Made by a program: the position numbers and the translations under genes
The notes under the pieces: model-generated
What the model saw: only the letters and a program-made list of their open reading frames with translations
Database searches by the model: none
What the model was told of the DNA's origin: nothing
Part shown: positions 57,368-64,000 of the stretch, piece by piece
Position numbering within the stretch: the stretch's first letter is position 1
Layout of the letters: each line of letters starts with the position of its first letter
Assembly (NCBI RefSeq): GCF_041929185.1
Contig: NZ_JBHFNO010000043.1
Strand: one strand, 5' to 3'
Source: Aerosakkonema funiforme BLCC-F2
GTDB taxonomy: Bacteria; Cyanobacteriota; Cyanobacteriia; Cyanobacteriales; Aerosakkonemataceae
Length of the DNA: 64,000 nt

Positions 57368-60300
57368 CAGATATAAGCGGTTACTCCATGCTGGATTTGT
57401 TCCGGATGGAAGTGGAAGCCCAGGCAGCAATATTAAACGAAAATTTGTTGGCGCTAGAAAACCAACCCTCCTCTGCAAAAGAACTGGAAGCCTTAATGCG
57501 GGCTGCTCATTCGATTAAAGGAGCAGCTCGCATTGTCGAAATTGATGCCGCCGTTAACCTGGCTCACATCATGGAAGACTGCTTCGTCGCCGCACAAAGC
57601 CAACGCATTACGTTGACTCCGGATGACATCGACGTACTGCTGCGCGGCGTCGATATGCTCGCAAATATTAGCCGCGTAGAAAACGGAGGTTTAGAGGGTT
57701 TCTTACAGGAAAATGAATCGGAAATAGCAGCGACAAGGGCAGAAATTGCTGCCATTCTGACGCCGGGAGCCGAAAACAAGGAGAGAGCGGGAGAACGGGA
57801 AAGTCAAAAGTCAAAAGTCAAAAGTCAAAATTCTTCCTCTTCTCTCTCCCCTCTCCCTTCTTCCTCTCCTTCTTCCTCTACTCCTTCTCCGTCTTCCCCC
57901 ACTCCCCCGCCCCCCGTCTCTCCTACTCCCCCTCAGCCTCCCGAAGCACCAGCTGCTCCCGAAATGGAAGAAGTTCCCAGTATTGGCAATAGCTCGATGC
58001 TGGAATTATTTCGTTTGGAAGTAGACGCACAGACAAAGATATTAAATGATGGTTTGCTAGCCCTAGAAAGCCAACCGGATTCTTTGAGAGAATTGGAAGC
58101 GCTGATGCGAGCTGCCCATTCGATTAAAGGAGCTGCTCGCATTGTGGCGATCGATGCGGCGGTTAACCTGGCTCACGTCATGGAAGACTGCTTTGTGGAG
58201 GCGCAGAAACAAACGATTACCCTGGCAGCAGATAGTATTGATATTCTGTTGCGAGGCGTCGATCTGATCCAAAATATTAGCCAACTGGAGCCAGCAGAAT
58301 TGGGCGTTTGGCTAAAAGAAAATCGCCAAGAAATTGAAACCACAAGACAAGAAATTAGCGCTATCCTGACACCTGGATCTGCACCAGTTCCGCGCAAAAA
58401 AGCAGAGCCGGCAAATGGACAATCGGATGCGGTCAAACCAAAAGCACAAGAGCAAACCGCCTCCATCGATGCTAAAACTGAAACCCAGATAGACAGTTCC
58501 GCACAGCCAGAGCAACAAACGCAATCAGCTGCCTTAGTTCCTCAAAGTGCCTCTGCAAAGGAAACTAGCGTCACCAAACAAATAGTTAAGAACCCCCCTA
58601 CACCTATTGGGCCTGCCAAAGAGTCAAAAGCAGCGCCAATACCCACCAAAGATACAAACAAAGATCGGGTGGTGATGGTAAGCGCAGAAAACCTCAATCG
58701 TATCATGGGGTTAGCGGGTGAAACTCTGATCGAGGCGAGTTGGTTACAGCCTTATGCCGATTCTTTGATGATGCTTAAGAAACGGCAACAGGAATTATCT
58801 AAAGTTCTCGAAAATTTACAGGAAGCTTGCGGAAAAAGCCACGTCGATGGACAAACCGAAAATATTCTGAAAGTGGCTCGCGATAAAGAGCGGGAATGTC
58901 GGGAAATTCTGCTGGAGCGCATCCACACCCTAGAATTATATGCCGGTCGCACGGCTAACTTGAGCGATCGCCTCTACAGGGAAGTAATTGCCTCCCATAT
59001 GCGTCCCTTCGCGGACGGCGTGCAAAGCTTTCCTCGGATGATGCGGGATCTCGCCAGAAAACTGGGCAAACAAGTTAACTTTGAGATCGTGGGCAAAGCT
59101 ACACCAGTCGATCGAGATATTCTCAAAAAATTGGAAGCTCCCCTCACCCACATTTTACGGAATGCCCTCGATCACGGTCTGGAAATGCCTGACGATCGCA
59201 TCGCAGTTGGCAAACCAACAGAAGGAACCATCAAACTGGAAGCCACCCACCGCAGCGGGATGTTAGCCGTCACCATTTCTGATGATGGCAAGGGAATGAA
59301 CCTAGAGCAATTACGCGAAAAAATCGTCAGAAAGAAGCTGGCTAGCCCAGAGATGGCAGCTAAGTTTACCGAAAGCGAGTTATTAGAATTTATCTTTTTG
59401 CCAGGGTTTTCCACAGCCGCTCAAGTCACGGAAATTTCCGGACGCGGTGTTGGTTTGGATATCGCCAAGAGCATGGCCCACGAAGTCGGCGGCACCGTGC
59501 GGGCAAGTTCGGTACCCGGAAAAGGGATGAGTTTTCACTTCCAATTGCCCCTCACTCTGTCCGTTATTCGCACTTTATTAGTAGAAATATCCGGCGAACC
59601 TTACGCTTTTCCCCTAGCGCGGATCGAACAGTTGGTCATGCTGGATAAATCAGAAATAGCCGTGGCGGAAAATCGCCAATATTTCACCCTCAATGGTGAA
59701 AATATCGGACTGATAGCTGCCTATCAAGTTTTGGAATTGCCGCCATCTTCATTCAAGTCAGATGCGCTACCAGTTGTGGTAATTGGCGATCAATCAAACC
59801 GCTTTGGTATGGTGGTAGATAAATTCTTGGGCGAACGCGACTTAGTAGTCCGACCTTTAGATCCCCGCCTGGGCAAAGTCCAAGATATCGGTGCTGCTGC
59901 CCTGATGGGAGATGGTTCTCCGATTTTAATTGTGGATGTGATAGATTTAGTACGCTCCATTGATAACCTGCTCAACACTAAAGACAAAGAATTGCAGCAG
60001 GTAAGCGATGATGATGGGGATGGCAAATTACTAGAAACCAAGAAGCGTATCCTAGTAGTTGATGACTCGATTACCGTGCGGGAAATGGAACGAAAGCTCT
60101 TGGAAAACAAAGGTTATATGGTTGAAGTTGCAGTCGATGGTATGGATGGTTGGAATGCAGTTCGCACCAATCACTATGACTTGGTTGTGAGCGACATTGA
60201 TATGCCGCGTATGAATGGAATTGAATTTGTCAGCCAGATCAAAAATCATCCGAAGCTGAATTCAATTCCCGTAATTATTGTTTCTTACAGAGACAAGGAA

Positions 60301-60411
60301 GAACACCGAATTCAAGGATTGGAAGCTGGGGCGGATTATTACTTAACCAAGAGTAGTTTCCAGGATGATAGCTTCTTCAAAGCTGTCATAGATTTGATTG
60401 GCGAACCTTAA
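57364..60411 (+). CDS. cheA: Hybrid CheA: two Hpt domains, dimerisation, HATPase, CheW-like and C-terminal receiver (WspE/ChpA-like)
   Basis: Hpt1 and Hpt2 both have RAAHSIKGAARIV. They are separated by an S/P-rich linker that contains an (AAGTCAA)4 STR at 57801-57830. G2 box GRGVGLDIAKS. Receiver has the acceptor D in LVVSDIDMPRMNG. Confidence 0.85.
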   Translation: MTDISGYSMLDLFRMEVEAQAAILNENLLALENQPSSAKELEALMRAAHSIKGAARIVEIDAAVNLAHIMEDCFVAAQSQRITLTPDDIDVLLRGVDMLANISRVENGGLEGFLQENESEIAATRAEIAAILTPGAENKERAGERESQKSKVKSQNSSSSLSPLPSSSPSSSTPSPSSPTPPPPVSPTPPQPPEAPAAPEMEEVPSIGNSSMLELFRLEVDAQTKILNDGLLALESQPDSLRELEALMRAAHSIKGAARIVAIDAAVNLAHVMEDCFVEAQKQTITLAADSIDILLRGVDLIQNISQLEPAELGVWLKENRQEIETTRQEISAILTPGSAPVPRKKAEPANGQSDAVKPKAQEQTASIDAKTETQIDSSAQPEQQTQSAALVPQSASAKETSVTKQIVKNPPTPIGPAKESKAAPIPTKDTNKDRVVMVSAENLNRIMGLAGETLIEASWLQPYADSLMMLKKRQQELSKVLENLQEACGKSHVDGQTENILKVARDKERECREILLERIHTLELYAGRTANLSDRLYREVIASHMRPFADGVQSFPRMMRDLARKLGKQVNFEIVGKATPVDRDILKKLEAPLTHILRNALDHGLEMPDDRIAVGKPTEGTIKLEATHRSGMLAVTISDDGKGMNLEQLREKIVRKKLASPEMAAKFTESELLEFIFLPGFSTAAQVTEISGRGVGLDIAKSMAHEVGGTVRASSVPGKGMSFHFQLPLTLSVIRTLLVEISGEPYAFPLARIEQLVMLDKSEIAVAENRQYFTLNGENIGLIAAYQVLELPPSSFKSDALPVVVIGDQSNRFGMVVDKFLGERDLVVRPLDPRLGKVQDIGAAALMGDGSPILIVDVIDLVRSIDNLLNTKDKELQQVSDDDGDGKLLETKKRILVVDDSITVREMERKLLENKGYMVEVAVDGMDGWNAVRTNHYDLVVSDIDMPRMNGIEFVSQIKNHPKLNSIPVIIVSYRDKEEHRIQGLEAGADYYLTKSSFQDDSFFKAVIDLIGEP

Positions 60412-60533
60412 TTTGGATTTTGTTAGTTGGTGCGATCGACAACAAATTTAGTCCAATTCTTTGAAGAAAAGGCTATTTATTTGGCCTGCGAGACAAATCA
60501 AACTTAAAATAAATTCAAGAGGGGGTAATTCAG

Positions 60534-62015
60534 ATGTTTGCTAAGTGGAAATTGAGAGATCGCATATTTTTAGGCTATTCAGTTCCTGGAATAGTATTTG
60601 CTATATTTAGCGCCACAATTTTTGTGAATTCATATAAAACAACGGGCATATTCAAAGATGTGAACTATGCCCAAAATGTCTTGATAGAAAGCTATGAGTC
60701 TGTTGTGAGTATTTCGATGATGGGTAGACAAGTTCGCGGCTATCTACTTGTTAAAAATAGTGATGGTGCTTTGGATAAGTATGAAAAAGAAAGACAGCGT
60801 TTTATCAACAGCACTGCACGTCTAGAACAGCTAATAAAAGACCAGGGACAGAAAGCAAAAATTCAACAAATATCTCAACTAGGAGAACAATTTCAAGATT
60901 TGTCAACGCGAACTTTTCGCATGGTAGATGATGGCAAACAGCAAGAAGCTGTAGTTATATTCCTCAGAGAGTCTAAACAAATTGTTGATGAGATCGATCG
61001 ATTGAATCAACAATTTAAGCAAACACAGGAAGAATTTATCACCAGCCAGGTCGAACGTACTACCAAGACCCTTGAGTTACTGGAAATTGCATCTATAGTG
61101 ATACCCATTTTTGGATTGGCTGTAATTATTTGGTTCGCTTTACTAATTACAAAGCAAATATCTGGTGCGGGTGGATTGGTTGACCAAGTGCAGGACTCCG
61201 GTATTAAAGTAACGACTTCAGCTACAGAAATTACCGCCTCTAGCAAACAATTGGAAGCGATGCTTACAGAACAGCTTGCCTCTACAAATGAGGTTGTAGC
61301 CGCTGCTAAAGAGATTGCCGCCACTTCTAGAGAACTGGTCAAAACGATCGAGGATGTTGCGGCTAAGTCCGTAGCTACTACTTATGCAGCAACCGACAGT
61401 CAAAAATCTCTGACTCACATGGAAGCAACCATGAGTCAGTTAGCTTCGGCGACGAGTTCTATTTCCGGTAGATTGGAGACAATTACAGAAAAAGCGAATA
61501 AAATCAATGGTATTGTTGTCACTATTACCAAAGTAGCCGATCAAACCAATTTGCTTTCCCTGAACGCTTCTATTGAAGCCGAGAAAGCTGGAGAATATGG
61601 AGCGGGTTTTTCTGTGGTAGCCAGAGAAATTCGGCGGCTGGCGGATCAATCTGCTGTCGCTACTCTGGATATCGAGCAGATGATTAAAGAAATGCAATCG
61701 GCGGTTGCAAGTGGTGTAATGGAAATGGATAAGTTCACCAAAGAAATGGTTAGCGGCGTCCAAGATGTCCGCAATATCAGCACCCAAATCGTAGATATTA
61801 TCGAGAAAGTGCAGAGCTTGACACCCCGTTTTCAAATGGTGAGCGAAGGTATGGAAGCTCAGTCAGAAGCGGCTGGACAAATTAGTGAGTCGATGAGCCA
61901 GTTAAGCCAAGCATCTGGGGAAACCACTTCTTCTGTGCGCGAACTCAAGGGAGTAATTGAGCGCTTGAACGGTGCTGCAATATCCTTACAAAAAGCAACC
62001 CACGGTCTCAAATAA
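60534..62015 (+). CDS. Second methyl-accepting chemotaxis protein
   Basis: Same topology as 54849..56612. The MA domain is nearly identical in the signalling tip ([35 protein letters not shown]). Confidence 0.85.
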   Translation: MFAKWKLRDRIFLGYSVPGIVFAIFSATIFVNSYKTTGIFKDVNYAQNVLIESYESVVSISMMGRQVRGYLLVKNSDGALDKYEKERQRFINSTARLEQLIKDQGQKAKIQQISQLGEQFQDLSTRTFRMVDDGKQQEAVVIFLRESKQIVDEIDRLNQQFKQTQEEFITSQVERTTKTLELLEIASIVIPIFGLAVIIWFALLITKQISGAGGLVDQVQDSGIKVTTSATEITASSKQLEAMLTEQLASTNEVVAAAKEIAATSRELVKTIEDVAAKSVATTYAATDSQKSLTHMEATMSQLASATSSISGRLETITEKANKINGIVVTITKVADQTNLLSLNASIEAEKAGEYGAGFSVVAREIRRLADQSAVATLDIEQMIKEMQSAVASGVMEMDKFTKEMVSGVQDVRNISTQIVDIIEKVQSLTPRFQMVSEGMEAQSEAAGQISESMSQLSQASGETTSSVRELKGVIERLNGAAISLQKATHGLK

Positions 62016-62149
62016 ACGGTTGCCATTGTGGGATAGCGGGAAAAAATCGCGTAGCGTTATCGATCGATTTCCCGCTATCGCAAAATATTTTCTGCTTTAC
62101 TATCACTAATGGCTTTAACATAAGCTTAATAAATAATCACCGCTCGCTG

Positions 62150-63166
62150 ATGAAAATAGCAATTGTTAATGATATGGTAATGGCCGTAGAGGCAATTCGA
62201 CGAGTTTTGCTCGCAGTTCCCGAATATGAGGTAGTGTGGGTAGCTCGCGATGGTGCGGAAGCAGTGGCTAAGTGCGCCAAGGATACCCCAGACTTGGTTT
62301 TGATGGATTTAATTATGCCAGTCATGGATGGGGTAGAAGCAACTCGCCAGATTATGAAAAATTCTCCCTGCGCGATTTTAGTAGTAACTGCTAGTGTGGG
62401 GAAAAATTCTGGGAAAGTTTTTGAAGCGATGGGACATGGAGCCTTAGATGCAGTCAAAACACCTGTGTTGGGAATGAGCGGAACTGCCGAAGGGTCTCAG
62501 CCTTTGCTCAGCAAGATTGCTACAATCAAAAAATTGATCGGCAAGTCCACTCCCATTTCCAGAAATAAAACTAATTCTCTGAATATCAAAACAAATTTTC
62601 CTCCCTTGGTAGCGATCGGTTCTTCTACCGGAGGCCCAAAGGTGCTGGCAACCATCCTTTCTCGCTTACCTGCTTCTCTCAACGCAGCTGTGGCAATAGT
62701 CCAGCACGTAGACGTTCAGTTTTCTTCCGGTTTAGTCGAATGGCTAAATCAGCAAAGTCAATTACCGGTTATGCTGGCATCGAGAGGCGATCGCCTGGAA
62801 GCAGCCAAAGTCATCGTTGCCGGCACAAACGATCATATGATTTTAACATCAAATTTAACTCTCTCTTATACTAAGGAGCCGCAGGATTATCCTTACCGTC
62901 CATCGGTAGATGTCTTTTTTGAGAGCTTGGCGGAACATTGGCAGCGTAAAGCAATTGCTGTGTTACTGACGGGGATGGGAAGGGATGGCGCAGAAGGTTT
63001 ATGTTTGTTGCGATCGAAAGGATGGCATACGATCGCTCAAAATAAAGATAGCTGCGTTGTTTACGGAATGCCGAAAGCAGCCGCCGAATTAAACGCGGCC
63101 ATAGAAATATTACCTCCGGAGGCGATCGCTTCCAGCCTAATTGACCGATTAACTTATTGCCGTTAG
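62150..63166 (+). CDS. cheB: CheB-type receiver + methylesterase (WspF-like)
   Basis: N-terminal REC ([14 protein letters not shown]) and C-terminal CheB methylesterase ([16 protein letters not shown]...GMGRDGAEG). Confidence 0.85.
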   Translation: MKIAIVNDMVMAVEAIRRVLLAVPEYEVVWVARDGAEAVAKCAKDTPDLVLMDLIMPVMDGVEATRQIMKNSPCAILVVTASVGKNSGKVFEAMGHGALDAVKTPVLGMSGTAEGSQPLLSKIATIKKLIGKSTPISRNKTNSLNIKTNFPPLVAIGSSTGGPKVLATILSRLPASLNAAVAIVQHVDVQFSSGLVEWLNQQSQLPVMLASRGDRLEAAKVIVAGTNDHMILTSNLTLSYTKEPQDYPYRPSVDVFFESLAEHWQRKAIAVLLTGMGRDGAEGLCLLRSKGWHTIAQNKDSCVVYGMPKAAAELNAAIEILPPEAIASSLIDRLTYCR

Positions 63167-63234
63167 TTATCCCTCCTGTTTTTGTAGTTACCGCTCCCTA
63201 TTTTCAGGCTAGACTTCAGAACTAATAATTATTT

Positions 63235-64000
63235 ATGGACGATAAAATTACAATTCTACTTATCGACGACCAGGCAATCATCGGTGAAGCTATTCGCCGA
63301 ATGTTAGCGCCAGAAAAAGATATTGTCTTTCATTACTGCGGCGACCCAACTCAAGCTTTTAGAGCAGCTAAGGAGTGCAACCCAACTGTCATTCTACAAG
63401 ACTTGGTGATGCCCGATATGGACGGGTTAACAGTGGTACGCTTCCTGCGTTCTAGGGATGCCATAACTGTGAATACTCCCCTGATCGTACTCTCCAGTAA
63501 AGAGGACCCGGTGATTAAAGCTAAGGCATTTGAATTGGGGGCAAATGACTACTTGGTGAAATTGCCCGATCGAGTGGAGCTAATCGCTCGCGTCCGATAT
63601 CACTCCAAAGCTTATATGAACTTATTAAAACGGCAAGAAGCTGAAGAAATGCTCAAAGCCGAAAACTTGCGTCAGGCTTTGTATATTCAGCAAGTCGATA
63701 AAGTCAGCGCAGCCGCAGTATCGGTCGAACAAGATAAGTTTCAACCTGAGAGTTTAAGTGAAGTAGCCGAACGTAAAGATGAATTAGGCAAACTGGCAAC
63801 AGTTTTCACCAATATGGTGCAAACTGTCAAAGCCCGCGAGAAAGAATTGGCTCAAGCAAGGGATCAGTTGGAAGCCATTTTGAATGCTGTACCAGGGTCA
63901 ATTTCTTGGCTTGATTCCGCTGGTGTCTACCTGGGCGTCAATCGCTACATGGCTCAAGATTTGAACCTTCCTCAAGATGCAATTATCGGTAAAGAAGTAG
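63235..64000 (+). CDS. Response regulator (REC-coiled coil-PAS...), 3' end outside the window; position analogous to the WspR output regulator
   Basis: Found by manual translation, as there is no stop in the window: MDDKITILLIDDQAIIGEAIRRML...VILQDLVMPDMDG...LVKL, then a coiled coil and a PAS-like start (LEAILNAVPGSISWLDSAGVYLGVN). Confidence 0.7.
   Translation, partial: MDDKITILLIDDQAIIGEAIRRMLAPEKDIVFHYCGDPTQAFRAAKECNPTVILQDLVMPDMDGLTVVRFLRSRDAITVNTPLIVLSSKEDPVIKAKAFELGANDYLVKLPDRVELIARVRYHSKAYMNLLKRQEAEEMLKAENLRQALYIQQVDKVSAAAVSVEQDKFQPESLSEVAERKDELGKLATVFTNMVQTVKAREKELAQARDQLEAILNAVPGSISWLDSAGVYLGVNRYMAQDLNLPQDAIIGKEV

Overview
This window is a gene-dense chromosomal segment from a cyanobacterium. 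The palindrome GCGATCGC (HIP1) occurs dozens of times, and tandem heptanucleotide repeats of the STRR type (AAAGTCA, AACCCCT, GGGAAGA, GATTTGG, CAACTGA) recur in intergenic and some coding sequence; both are typical of filamentous heterocyst-forming Nostocales. All calls below come from reading the translated ORFs and the DNA itself; no searches were run.

Gene content, in order: a multi-PAS hybrid histidine kinase truncated at the window start; a devBCA-like tripartite ABC exporter with a divergent TetR regulator; two paralogous pentapeptide-repeat genes bracketing a three-gene membrane sensor unit (DUF4079-like membrane protein, a CxxCH heme-binding DUF3365/Tll0287-type HAMP sensor, and a double-Cache 7-TM protein); a CHASE3-PAS kinase, CheY-like regulator and REC-PAS-kinase phosphorelay; sdhA; an orphan HicB-like antitoxin; a YhcG/DUF1016 nuclease gene split by one in-frame amber codon; a UPF0016/Mnx-type Mn/Ca transporter preceded by a candidate yybP-ykoY Mn2+ riboswitch; tandem membrane-anchored TPR paralogs; a DUF39 (COG1900) protein; an AI-2E transporter; a full-length homolog of the eukaryotic major vault protein; and an accessory stretch with two Uma2 nucleases, an HTH/NB-ARC STAND-like ATPase, a PEP-CTERM protein and an array of small-gene cassettes separated by an ~80-bp HIP1-bounded repeat. 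The downstream half holds cobN carrying in-frame tandem-repeat insertions, a CikA-like GAF kinase with pseudo-receiver, nanE-like, peroxiredoxin-glutaredoxin and metallophosphoesterase genes, and a complete Wsp-like chemosensory locus that runs off the window end.

The most unusual items are the major vault protein homolog, the heme/Cache membrane sensor module, the repeat-delimited cassette array, several families of structured intergenic repeats (one copy in-frame inside a coding sequence), and the candidate Mn riboswitch.
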